From assembly GCA_051871555.1 (NCBI GenBank), contig JBJECZ010000190.1:1-56491 (forward strand): DNA of 56,491 nt. The letters run 5' to 3'. Both the position numbers and the translations under genes were made by a program. This DNA is from Muribaculaceae bacterium. Lineage in GTDB: Bacteria > Bacteroidota > Bacteroidia > Bacteroidales > Muribaculaceae. The stretch's first letter is position 1. Every line of letters begins with the position of its first letter. Of the stretch, positions 18,018-26,580 are shown one piece after another. Under the pieces are notes generated by a model. The model worked only from the letters and a program-made list of their open reading frames with translations. It was not told the origin of the DNA and ran no database searches.

Positions 18018-19541
18018 ATGGAAGAAGCACTGCACCAAATATTGCAATACATCATGGCTGCATGGCAGACGCTGTGCAACCACAGCAACCTGTTTGCCTA
18101 CAGTGCCCACGAACCGATGATGTTCACCACCGGCTTGTTTGTGATGCTGTTTGCCGTGTTCTATGCCATATATGGCTGCCTGAGCCGCGCCACCACGCTG
18201 CGGCTGCTGTTTGTGGTGTGTTTTTCATATTACTTCTACTACAAGAGCAGCGGATGCTACTTCCTGCTGCTGGCACTGGTGACGGTGAGCGACTTCCTGA
18301 TTGCCCGTCGCATGGCTGATGCCGACGAGCAGAGCACGCGGCGCTGGCTGGTGGCACTCTCTGCCACAATCAACCTGGGGCTGCTGGCGTTCTTCAAGTA
18401 CACCAACTTCTTCGGGCAACTGATTGCCGACATGCGCGGGCTGCACTTCGAGGCTTTCGACATTTTCCTGCCTGTGGGCATCAGCTTTTTCACTTTCCAG
18501 TCGATGAGCTACACCATCGACGTATATCGCCGGCGCATCGAGCCGCTCGACAACATGCTCGACTACGCCTTCTATGTGTCGTTCTTCCCACAACTGGTGG
18601 CAGGACCCATTGTGCGAGCCCGCGACTTCATTCCGCAGATACGCAAGCCGCTGTGCGTCACTCGCACCATGCTGGGCACCGGCATCCTCTATATTGCAAG
18701 CGGCGTGGTGAAGAAAATTGTGATTTCCGATTACATCAGCGTCAACTTTGTGGAGCGCATCTTCGACAATCCGTCGCTCTACACCGGTTTTGAAAACCTG
18801 ATGGGCGTATACGGCTACGCGCTGCAAATCTATTGCGACTTCTCGGGATACAGCGACATGGCAATAGGCTTGGCGCTGCTGTTAGGATTCCGCTTCAACA
18901 TCAACTTCGACAGCCCGTATAAATCGGCATCAATCACCGAATTCTGGCGCCGCTGGCACATCTCGCTGTCGTCGTGGCTGAAGGATTATCTTTACATATC
19001 GCTCGGCGGCAACCGTCGCGGCAAGGTGCGCCAACACATCAACCTCATCATCACCATGCTGCTGGGCGGCTTGTGGCACGGCGCCTCGCTCAACTTTGTG
19101 CTGTGGGGACTGCTTCACGGCGTGGCACTATCGGTGCACAAACTGTGGATGGGCATCACCGGCATCAAAGCCGATGTGCGCCATTCGAGCCGTATGCTAA
19201 GGGCGATTTGCATCCTTGTTACATTCCATTTTGTGTGCCTTTGCTGGATATTCTTCCGCAACACCGATTTTGCCAACTCAATGGCAATGATGCAGCAGAT
19301 AGCCACCAATTTTCATGCCGATGTGGCTTGGCAATGGGTGTGCGGGTATTGGCAAGTGCTCGTGCTAATGGCCGTGGGCTATGCCCTGCACTTCGTGCCG
19401 GCATCAACCAAAACCGCCTTGCGCCGAAGCGCAGCCCGTATGCCCCTGTGGGCTTATGTGCTGGTGCTGGTGCTGGCAGCTTTTGTGGTGGTGCAGTTCA
19501 AGAGCGCCGACATACAGCCGTTCATCTACTTCCAATTCTGA
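18018..19541 (+). CDS. MBOAT family O-acyltransferase (AlgI/DltB/PatA-like)
   Basis: Polytopic membrane protein with MBOAT hallmarks (FWRRWHISLSSWLKDYLYISLGGNR...LWHG). Confidence 0.85.
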   Translation: MEEALHQILQYIMAAWQTLCNHSNLFAYSAHEPMMFTTGLFVMLFAVFYAIYGCLSRATTLRLLFVVCFSYYFYYKSSGCYFLLLALVTVSDFLIARRMADADEQSTRRWLVALSATINLGLLAFFKYTNFFGQLIADMRGLHFEAFDIFLPVGISFFTFQSMSYTIDVYRRRIEPLDNMLDYAFYVSFFPQLVAGPIVRARDFIPQIRKPLCVTRTMLGTGILYIASGVVKKIVISDYISVNFVERIFDNPSLYTGFENLMGVYGYALQIYCDFSGYSDMAIGLALLLGFRFNINFDSPYKSASITEFWRRWHISLSSWLKDYLYISLGGNRRGKVRQHINLIITMLLGGLWHGASLNFVLWGLLHGVALSVHKLWMGITGIKADVRHSSRMLRAICILVTFHFVCLCWIFFRNTDFANSMAMMQQIATNFHADVAWQWVCGYWQVLVLMAVGYALHFVPASTKTALRRSAARMPLWAYVLVLVLAAFVVVQFKSADIQPFIYFQF

Positions 19542-19642
19542 GGTGGCACAAAAAGTGACATCCAACGCAAACACGATGCGCAAAAAAGCATTAACTTTGC
19601 ACCCGAAAACAGACGAAAGAACAAATAAATTGTTTTAGGTTT

Positions 19643-20224
19643 ATGATAATCACTATTGCACGCCAATGCGGTTGCGGCGCGGCACGCATAGGCGAATTAC
19701 TTTCAAAGAAACTCGGTTTAGAGCTTTTCACGCGTCAGATGCTCATCGACATGGCGGTGAGCCATGGCATGGGCGATGCAGTGCAAAGCTTTGTCGACGA
19801 ACATCCGGTCGACGACATCATCATGGCAATAAGCGACCAGTTTGAAGCTTCCGACGAGGTGAAGCAACGGTTTTGCCAACTGTTTCGCAACATCATTGGC
19901 AACCGCAACTGCATTGTTATTGGACGCTGCGGCAACAGCATCTTTGCCCATCGCACCGACTTGGTGAGCGTGTTTCTCAAAGGCAATTTCGAGGCACGCG
20001 TGCAAGCCACCGCCTCTGCCAAAGCCATTAGCGAACCCGAAGCCCGCCAGCTGGTGAGCGACACCGACGAACGCCGTATGCGCTACCACAACTATTACAC
20101 CGGGCTGACATGGGGCGCCGCCGCCGACTACGACCTCTGCATCGATTCGATGCGTCTTGGCAACGAAGCCACAGCCGGCATCATTGCCGAATATGTTCGC
20201 AGCGTGCAACCCAAGGCTGAGTAA
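19643..20224 (+). CDS. Cytidylate kinase-like family protein
   Basis: N-terminus IITIARQCGCGAARIGELLSKKLGL resembles the cytidylate-kinase-like (AAA_18-type) family common in Bacteroidales. Confidence 0.6.
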   Translation: MIITIARQCGCGAARIGELLSKKLGLELFTRQMLIDMAVSHGMGDAVQSFVDEHPVDDIIMAISDQFEASDEVKQRFCQLFRNIIGNRNCIVIGRCGNSIFAHRTDLVSVFLKGNFEARVQATASAKAISEPEARQLVSDTDERRMRYHNYYTGLTWGAAADYDLCIDSMRLGNEATAGIIAEYVRSVQPKAE

Positions 20225-20259
20225 CAATTAATTGTTTTTTTCAAAAACCACTCTACACA

Positions 20260-20652
20260 ATGAAATATCTGTTTCAATTCCTCATAATAGTGGCAATATC
20301 GTTCTTGGGCGAATTGCTACACTACTTCATCGCGCTGCCCATCCCGGCAAGCATCTACGGCATAATACTGCTGTTTGCCGCCTTGCAACTGGGCTGGATT
20401 AAAGTGCGCCAGATTCGCGAAGTGAGCACTTGGCTCATAGCCATCATGCCGGCTCTGTTCATCCCTTCGGCAGTGGGACTGGTGAAATCGTGGGACATAC
20501 TCAGCCAATCGCTCGTGAAATACTCAGTGATTACCTTCGTGAGCACATTTGTGGTGATGGGCTTGGCAGGACTCGCCACACAATACGTTATTCGACAATC
20601 AAAAAACAAAGAAGCAAAGGAGGCAAACGACAATGGAAGCGAATGTATTTGA
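20260..20652 (+). CDS. lrgA: CidA/LrgA family holin-like protein
   Basis: 130-aa, 4-TM protein that overlaps the LrgB gene by 20 nt. Confidence 0.75.
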   Translation: MKYLFQFLIIVAISFLGELLHYFIALPIPASIYGIILLFAALQLGWIKVRQIREVSTWLIAIMPALFIPSAVGLVKSWDILSQSLVKYSVITFVSTFVVMGLAGLATQYVIRQSKNKEAKEANDNGSECI

Positions 20653-21328
20653 AAGTTCAATCTACTTTGGCGTGCTGCTCAGCTTAGGCAGCTACGGCAT
20701 AGGCATGTGGCTGAAACGCCTCACCGGATGGGGCTTTATGAATCCGCTGTTCGTGTCGATTGTACTTGTGATTGCCATCCTACAACTGATGGGCATCGAC
20801 TACGACCACTACAACCAAGGCGCCGACATCATCACCTATCTGCTAACCCCGTCAACCATCTGCCTTGCCGTGCCACTGCACGAACAAATGCAGCTGCTCA
20901 AGCACAACATGAAAGCCGTGATGGTGGGCATAGTCACCGGTGTGCTGTCGAGCGTTGTGTGCATTCTGCTGCTGGCAATGCTGATGCAACTCGACCACAC
21001 CTCCTATGTCACCTTCCTGCCCAAATCAATCACCACCGCCATAGGCATCGGCGTGAGCCAGGAACTGGGCGGATATGTGTCGATTTCGGTGGCTGTGATT
21101 ATCATCACCGGCGTGATTGGCGGCATCTTTGCCGAGAAGTGGTTCAAACTGCTGCGCATCAACGAACCCATTGCACGCGGCATAGCACTGGGCGCTTCGG
21201 CTCACGCCATTGGCACCGCCAAAGCCATGGAATTAGGGCCCGTGGAAGGCTCAATGAGCAGCCTGTCGATTGTGGTGTGCGGAATCGTCACCGTGGCAGT
21301 AGCACCCTTCTTCGCCGCACTGTATTAA
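20633..21328 (+). CDS. lrgB: LrgB/CidB family protein
   Basis: 231-aa polytopic membrane protein (..RGIALGASAHAIGTAKA..), the typical LrgB partner of LrgA. Confidence 0.8.
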   Translation: MEANVFESSIYFGVLLSLGSYGIGMWLKRLTGWGFMNPLFVSIVLVIAILQLMGIDYDHYNQGADIITYLLTPSTICLAVPLHEQMQLLKHNMKAVMVGIVTGVLSSVVCILLLAMLMQLDHTSYVTFLPKSITTAIGIGVSQELGGYVSISVAVIIITGVIGGIFAEKWFKLLRINEPIARGIALGASAHAIGTAKAMELGPVEGSMSSLSIVVCGIVTVAVAPFFAALY

Positions 21329-21425
21329 GTCACTATCATATACCCGAAAGAGGCTGTGCCCATTATGCGACACAACCTCTTTCGCCTCTGATTACAAAAA
21401 AATTATTGGTGAAACTTTCTTAATT

Positions 21426-21470
21426 ATTCACTTAAAAGTGAATTTGTATTGAAAATTATAATTATCTTTG
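21426..21470 (+). promoter_or_regulatory. Palindromic operator candidate plus promoter of the toxin-like/HTH pair
   Basis: Perfect palindrome ATTCACTT-aa-AAGTGAAT (21426-21443) abuts -33 TTTG (21443-21446). The -7 box TATCTTTG is at 21463-21470. Confidence 0.5.
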
Positions 21471-21491
21471 TGAAAAAAATATGAGTAAACT

Positions 21492-21949
21492 ATGGCAACA
21501 GCAACATTAAAGACAATAGAACAAAATGATAATGTAGGACTTTTTTCCATCTGTTTTGACGGTAGCGAGGTGAGCGAGTTCGAGAAGTTCCTGAACGAAT
21601 TCAAGGACAACGCTACATATAATAAGAATTTCAATGTTATCCTTTTAGCTTTGTCCAAGATTATTGATAAGGGTGCAACGAAGGCAGGTTGAAAGATAAT
21701 GTCAAGGCTCTTGCCATTGATTCGCGTAAACTGCGCTTGTATTGCTTGCGAATATCCGACCAGATTCTAATTCTCGGAAACGGAGGTGTGAAAACAACAC
21801 GAACCTACCAGGAAGACAGCAAACTGAGCGGTTATGTGATGGATTTACAAACTTTTGACAAGGTGCTTCTCAAAGCGCAAAAATCCGGTAAAGTAACTAT
21901 TGAAAAGAATATGATTACTGATATTCAGAGTGCAACATTTGAAATATAA
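21492..21949 (+). pseudogene. RelE/Gp49 (HigB-like) toxin-family gene split by a 1-nt frameshift (ORFs 21492-21692 and 21689-21949)
   Basis: The second ORF has no ATG and was called only from TTG 21689. Its frame is open from 21671 (..NEGRLKDNVKAL..) and continues the first ORF. RLYCLRISDQILILGNGGVK resembles the Gp49/RelE core. The islet is low in GC. Confidence 0.5.
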
Positions 21950-21960
21950 ACACCAATGCT

Positions 21961-22227
21961 ATGATACAGAATCCTTTATATAGGCAGTGCCTTGATGCTG
22001 TCCCTGTAGAACAAAAAGCCGAGTTTGAACTCTCATTCGGGATAGCGGAGCGTATCAGTGAAGTTCTCAAAGCAAAGAACCTCACCCAAAAGGAATTTGC
22101 CAAAATACTCAACAAAAGAGAGTCGGAAATTTCAAAATGGTTGACTGGAAGACACAACTTCACCATGCAGACCATTGCAAAGATTGAAACAGCTCTGGGT
22201 TGCAAGCTCATCAATATAGCCAGTTAA
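21961..22227 (+). CDS. XRE-family helix-turn-helix protein (putative antitoxin/regulator)
   Basis: HTH_3 signature LTQKEFAKILNKRESEISKWLTGRHNFTMQTIAKIE. It starts 12 nt downstream of the toxin-like gene. Confidence 0.8.
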   Translation: MIQNPLYRQCLDAVPVEQKAEFELSFGIAERISEVLKAKNLTQKEFAKILNKRESEISKWLTGRHNFTMQTIAKIETALGCKLINIAS

Positions 22228-22343
22228 GATTTACATCACAATCACTTAACAAACATCGAGCACCGAACTTGTATATCTGGCTTGCTCACCGATGGTGCTT
22301 GACAATGCTTATCTAACGGCAAGGAAAACATCACAAATAAATC

Positions 22344-22384
22344 AAATGGGAGGATTGCGCTGAAAATGGCACAACCTCCCATTT
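22344..22384 (-). terminator. Bidirectional hairpin terminator
   Basis: 10-bp arms AAATGGGAGG / CCTCCCATTT. It lies just downstream of the minus-strand gene that ends at 22417. Confidence 0.65.
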
Positions 22385-22416
22385 GTGAATACAATAGCTC
22401 TTTACGAGCCTTTTGC

Positions 22417-22950
22417 CTATTGATTGTCGTCGGAGTCGATGTTGCCGAAGCCCGAACCCCAGTCGCTGTTTTGGCGGGCACGACGCTGAGCGTTGTTGCT
22501 GCGCTGCTGTTGCGCATCGCCTTGTCTGCCACGCATGCCCATATTGCTGGTGAACATGTGCAATTTGGCAAGCTGTTCAGCCGAGAGCACATCCTTCAGG
22601 CGGTTAATCATCTGCTTCTTTGCCACAAGCTCGGCAAGTTGACCATCAATTATGTCGTTGATGGCAGCCACAGTCTGCTCGGTGGAAGAGTCTTTTTCGA
22701 TGCGGTTTTTGAACTGCTGCGTGCGAGTGGCAAGCACAATGTTATTGTAGTTGGCATATTCCTTGTCGAAAACAGCTTCCTGCTCAGCAGTGAGGTCGAG
22801 CTGTTTCTTAATCATCTGGCTGCGGCGAGCGTTCATCTGTTCGATTTGCTCCTGCGTGATTGGCTGACGGCGTTGGTCTCCTTGCTGCTGAGCCATCGTC
22901 GTGGCAACGCACATGGCAATAAGTGTCAAAACTAAGAAAATACGTTTCAT
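22417..22950 (-). CDS. Periplasmic Spy/CpxP-like protein with LTXXQ motifs
   Basis: Signal peptide, LDLTAEQ and LSAEQL motifs, and a Gln/Arg-rich tail. Confidence 0.5.
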   Translation of the reverse strand: MKRIFLVLTLIAMCVATTMAQQQGDQRRQPITQEQIEQMNARRSQMIKKQLDLTAEQEAVFDKEYANYNNIVLATRTQQFKNRIEKDSSTEQTVAAINDIIDGQLAELVAKKQMINRLKDVLSAEQLAKLHMFTSNMGMRGRQGDAQQQRSNNAQRRARQNSDWGSGFGNIDSDDNQ

Positions 22951-23009
22951 GGTTATAACTAAATTTTAAGTTATCGTAAATATGTCTATTAAATAAATAA
23001 ATCCAATAA

Positions 23010-23492
23010 TCACTTGGTGTCGTGGTTTGCATCTGCATTTTTCTTATGACCGCCGCGACGGTTGTGACGCTTCATGATTTGAAATTGTATCTTTCGCTCC
23101 GCATCGTCGAGTTGCAACAGCTGCTCGGGAGTAAGCACCTTTGCAAACTTGTCGGTGTAACTCTTTTGCAGGCGCAGCAGGTCCATCTTCATTTCGATGC
23201 GTAAGTTCACCACCTTGGTGGCATTCGAAGAACCTGACTTTATCAGCTTTTTCTCGGCAGCACGATGATTTTTGAAGATTTCAAGCATCTCCCCATCATA
23301 TTTGCGATAGATGGGCGTGAACTCGTTGGTTTGCTCCTCGGTGAGCTTTAGCTCCTGCTGAATCATCTTCATCTTTGCAATAAAGAATTTTTCTTTATTC
23401 TCAGCCGAGCGCTTGCCTGACTGGGCTTGTATGTTTGCAGTGCCGGCAAACGAGAGCACTGCCACTATTGTCATTAAAATGTATCTGTTCAT
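23010..23492 (-). CDS. Periplasmic Spy/CpxP-like protein with LTXXQ motifs
   Basis: Signal peptide, LKLTEEQ and LTPEQLLQL motifs, and a basic C-terminal tail. Confidence 0.5.
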   Translation of the reverse strand: MNRYILMTIVAVLSFAGTANIQAQSGKRSAENKEKFFIAKMKMIQQELKLTEEQTNEFTPIYRKYDGEMLEIFKNHRAAEKKLIKSGSSNATKVVNLRIEMKMDLLRLQKSYTDKFAKVLTPEQLLQLDDAERKIQFQIMKRHNRRGGHKKNADANHDTK

Positions 23493-23519
23493 TTTGCTTG
23501 AATGATATTTTTTTGTTAA

Positions 23520-23855
23520 TCAATAGTAATAAGCCATAGCGTTTTGAGTGTAGTACGCTTGCCCCTCAACAGCCTCGTCGGGCATTTGTGTGAGCACCTC
23601 GGTGAGCGATTGGCTGTTCATGACAGCATCGTAGGCCGAAGGTTGCGAGTTGAGCGACTTCAACAGCACCGTTGCCATCACAGCCACAGCGGCGGCAGCC
23701 GAAGCAGCCACCACAATGCGGCGCACCAAAGCCGAGCGGCGGCGTTGTGGCGCCTGGTTCAGTGTGCGCGCCTCGATGGCTTGCAGCAGCGCATCCACCT
23801 GCTCGTCGGTTTCGCGGAACGGCATATTTTTGCCTATCTCATCAAATTGTTTCAT
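23520..23855 (-). CDS. Putative single-pass anti-sigma factor
   Basis: 111 aa with one TM helix (VVAASAAAAVAVMATVLL). It overlaps the upstream ECF sigma gene by 4 nt. Confidence 0.5.
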   Translation of the reverse strand: MKQFDEIGKNMPFRETDEQVDALLQAIEARTLNQAPQRRRSALVRRIVVAASAAAAVAVMATVLLKSLNSQPSAYDAVMNSQSLTEVLTQMPDEAVEGQAYYTQNAMAYYY

Positions 23856-24409
23856 AACATGTTGTCGGTTAAAGTCTTTTTAATTTTGTTTACGGCAAAA
23901 TGATAGTTGGTTTTTAGCGTGTTAACATTCTTGCCTGTTATTTTGGCGATTTCCTCGTAAGGGAGGTCGTCGTAGTATCGCAAATTGAAAGCGATGCGTT
24001 GCTGCGTGGGCAGCTGCAGCACGGCTTTCTGGAACTCCACCTCCACGGCATTGCTGTCGAGGTCGGTTTCGCTTTCAAGTTTCTCGGCGAGTGTTTCGCC
24101 AAGGGCGTCGACACTTTGAAACACATGGGTCTGCCGGCGAAGTATCCTCAACGCCTCGTTGGTGGCGATGCGGTATACCCAAGTGCCCAAAGCACTGTTT
24201 TCGTTGAAACTGCCAATGTTGTTGAAGATGCAAATGGCTGTTTCTTGCATGGCATCTTCGGCATCGTCGTGGTCAACCACTATGCGACGTATGTGCCAAT
24301 ACAGCTTTCTGCCATACTGCTTCATGAATATGCTGAAAGCACGGTTGCGTTGTGCCGGGTCTTTGAGCATAGCCACTAAGGCGTCGTTATTTTTTTGTGC
24401 ATTAACCAT
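23852..24409 (-). CDS. ECF-type RNA polymerase sigma-70 factor
   Basis: Region 2 (YWHIRRIVVDHDDAEDAMQET) and region 4 (LPTQQRIAFNLRYYDDLPYEEIAKITGKNVNTLK) are recognisable. The start is set at ATG 24409 (MVNAQ...). Confidence 0.85.
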   Translation of the reverse strand: MVNAQKNNDALVAMLKDPAQRNRAFSIFMKQYGRKLYWHIRRIVVDHDDAEDAMQETAICIFNNIGSFNENSALGTWVYRIATNEALRILRRQTHVFQSVDALGETLAEKLESETDLDSNAVEVEFQKAVLQLPTQQRIAFNLRYYDDLPYEEIAKITGKNVNTLKTNYHFAVNKIKKTLTDNML

Positions 24410-24762
24410 TGTTGCAATTTCACTTATTTGACATAAAATCAGCCTCAAAGTTAAATCGGCTCCCCAAATTTTTTCCTACGCAACGGCGCTCTCTTAAGCC
24501 TGCTTACAGGCAGCGAGATGCAATCATTTAGTGCATTATGAATGGCAATCAGCCACAAAATTACATGTTTTACAAAACATTTTGCAATAAAATTTGCATA
24601 TCCAGTTGCAATATTATAATTTTGTAGCGCGATTGGTTGCAAACTGACAACCCAATCCCACCAATTGGCAAAAATTTGCAAAACCACGTGAGGATTCTCA
24701 CTTAGCCAATTGCCAATTAATAATAAGAATGTTTGTTTTAGGTTTATAAAAAATTTTTATTT

Positions 24763-26193
24763 ATGAAAATCAAGAAAAGATGGTTTGTGCTGTTTTGCCT
24801 CACGGCAATATTCAGCATATTAGGACTCTTCACAAAAGGCGACGCCGGCGACTTCAACCTGTCGGAGCGACTGTCGGCAGCCGATTATGCCAACATTGCC
24901 TGGATGATTACGGCAACAATCTTCGTGCTTATGATGACGCCCGGATTGGCATTCTTCTACGGAGGTATGGTGAGGGCAAAGAATGTGATAAGCACCATGC
25001 TGCAAAGCTTCATCGTGATGGGCGTGGTGAGCGTAGTGTGGGTAGTGTTTGGATTCTCGTTGGCATTTGGCGACGACATCGGAGGAGTGATTGGCAATCC
25101 GCTGCAATTCTTTATGATGAACAACGTGGGGTGCGCCAATATGGTTGGCGCCGACGGTAGTCAGATTGGATTAGCCACCGGCACCATACCCCTTGCACTG
25201 TTTGCCCTGTTCCAGATGAAGTTTGCCATCATCACGCCATCGCTCATCACCGGCTCGTTTGCCGAGCGCGTGAAATTCTCGGGATATGTGATATTCATGA
25301 TATTGTGGGTGATATTTGTATATTGTCCGCTGGCACACTGGACATGGCATCCCGAAGGCTTCCTCGGACGCATGCATGTGCACGACTTTGCCGGAGGCAT
25401 TGTGGTGCATGCAGCCAGCGGTGTAGCCGCCTTGGCAGGCGCCATCTTCCTGGGTCCGCGCAAGAGCGACGAAGGCAAAGCCGCCAACATACCGTTTGTG
25501 CTGTTGGGTGCGGCGCTGCTGTGGCTGGGCTGGTTCGGCTTTAATGGCGGCAGTTCGCTGGCAGCCGACGGCATAGCCATCACGGCATTCCTCAACACCA
25601 ACACCGCTGCCGCCACCGCCATGGTGTCGTGGATTTTCTTCGACTGTGTGCTCGGACGCCGTCCGTCGGCAATGGGCGCCGCCGTGGCTGCCGTGGTGGG
25701 GCTGGTTGCCATCACACCGTGCGCCGGGTGGGTGAGCGTGGGCGAAAGCATGTTCATTGCATTTGTCATCACCCTAATATGCAACTTTGCCGTGACATTC
25801 AAGGCTAAGACGCACTTGTTCGACGATGCCCTCGACGTGTTTCCCACTCACGGCGTAGGCGGAATTGTGGGAAGCATCTTCACCGGCGTGTTTGCCTACA
25901 GCTATTTCTTCCCCGATGCCCAGACTGCCGAAATATCACACATGCAGTTTTTCCTCAACCACCTGGTGGCTGTGCTGATTGTGTGCACCTATACCTTTGC
26001 AGTGTCGTTTGCCCTGTATTGGCTCACCAGCAAGATGGTTAGGCTGCGTGTGTCGGAAAAGAGCGAGCGCATTGGGCTCGACAAATCGCAGCACAGCGAG
26101 GAATATGGCATCGATGCCCTCGGCGACCACACCGAACTCGACGAGGAGGTGCCCACAAAGCAAGAATGGATACAAAACATGGGCGAAAACTAA
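24763..26193 (+). CDS. amt: Ammonium transporter (Amt family)
   Basis: About 11 TM helices with Amt motifs (DFAGGIVVHAASG, WFGFNGGS). Confidence 0.9.
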   Translation: MKIKKRWFVLFCLTAIFSILGLFTKGDAGDFNLSERLSAADYANIAWMITATIFVLMMTPGLAFFYGGMVRAKNVISTMLQSFIVMGVVSVVWVVFGFSLAFGDDIGGVIGNPLQFFMMNNVGCANMVGADGSQIGLATGTIPLALFALFQMKFAIITPSLITGSFAERVKFSGYVIFMILWVIFVYCPLAHWTWHPEGFLGRMHVHDFAGGIVVHAASGVAALAGAIFLGPRKSDEGKAANIPFVLLGAALLWLGWFGFNGGSSLAADGIAITAFLNTNTAAATAMVSWIFFDCVLGRRPSAMGAAVAAVVGLVAITPCAGWVSVGESMFIAFVITLICNFAVTFKAKTHLFDDALDVFPTHGVGGIVGSIFTGVFAYSYFFPDAQTAEISHMQFFLNHLVAVLIVCTYTFAVSFALYWLTSKMVRLRVSEKSERIGLDKSQHSEEYGIDALGDHTELDEEVPTKQEWIQNMGEN

Positions 26194-26273
26194 ATTTTAC
26201 ATACGAATTATTACAGAACCAACATATATATTCTGTTTTAATTAGCCCTTAGGCAAAAGGTAGCATAACTCGG

Positions 26274-26311
26274 AGGTGTGGCACAGCGAATGTGCCGCAC
26301 CTTGTTTTATT
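26274..26311 (+). terminator. Rho-independent terminator after amt
   Basis: AGGTGTGGCACA-gcgaa-TGTGCCGCACCT followed by TGTTTTATT. Confidence 0.8.
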
Positions 26312-26421
26312 ATTCGCCAAGCACCGAACAATCTACAATAAGTATTTGCCCGATGCACAGGGCAACACGCTGTGTATCTTATTGTAAACTATACATTAAA
26401 CCATTGCAAGCCAGCAGCATC

Positions 26422-26470
26422 GTTATTGTTTAATACACAATAACACCCGATATTGTACGCATAACAATAT
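26422..26470. promoter_or_regulatory. Twin palindromic operator candidates (TATTGT-N7-ACAATA)
   Basis: GTTATTGT-N7-ACAATAAC lies at 26422-26444 and ATATTGT-N7-ACAATAT at 26450-26470, with centres 27 bp apart. A third outward-facing pair, ACAATAAG/CTTATTGT, lies at 26335-26342 / 26378-26385. Confidence 0.5.
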
Positions 26471-26547
26471 GCAATCGGTCTGAAAATTAAGCATTTAAGC
26501 GATAAAAAATTTTTATGATTTTGTGATTATTTTCAAAAAAAATGATA

Positions 26548-26555
26548 TATATTTG
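26548..26555 (+). promoter_or_regulatory. -7 promoter box upstream of the Nudix regulator/xyl genes
   Basis: Perfect TATATTTG. It lies downstream of ATG 26542, which argues for the ATG 26581 start. Confidence 0.45.
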
Positions 26556-26580
26556 CAAAAACATAAACCAAACTCCAAGC

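Noticed and set aside
24666-24680. Sigma-54-like element TGGCA-N5-TTGCA upstream of amt.
   Set aside because: The first G of the GG and the G of the GC are 11 nt apart, against 12 in the canonical TGGCACG-N4-TTGC. Sigma-54 promoters tolerate almost no spacing change, and TTGCA recurs five times locally.
24451-24687. 78-aa minus-strand ORF in the AT-rich region between the ECF sigma gene and amt.
   Set aside because: Its AT-rich codon usage is unlike every confident gene here. It lies in what looks like divergent promoter/regulatory DNA, no family is recognised, and it would run directly into the sigma gene start.
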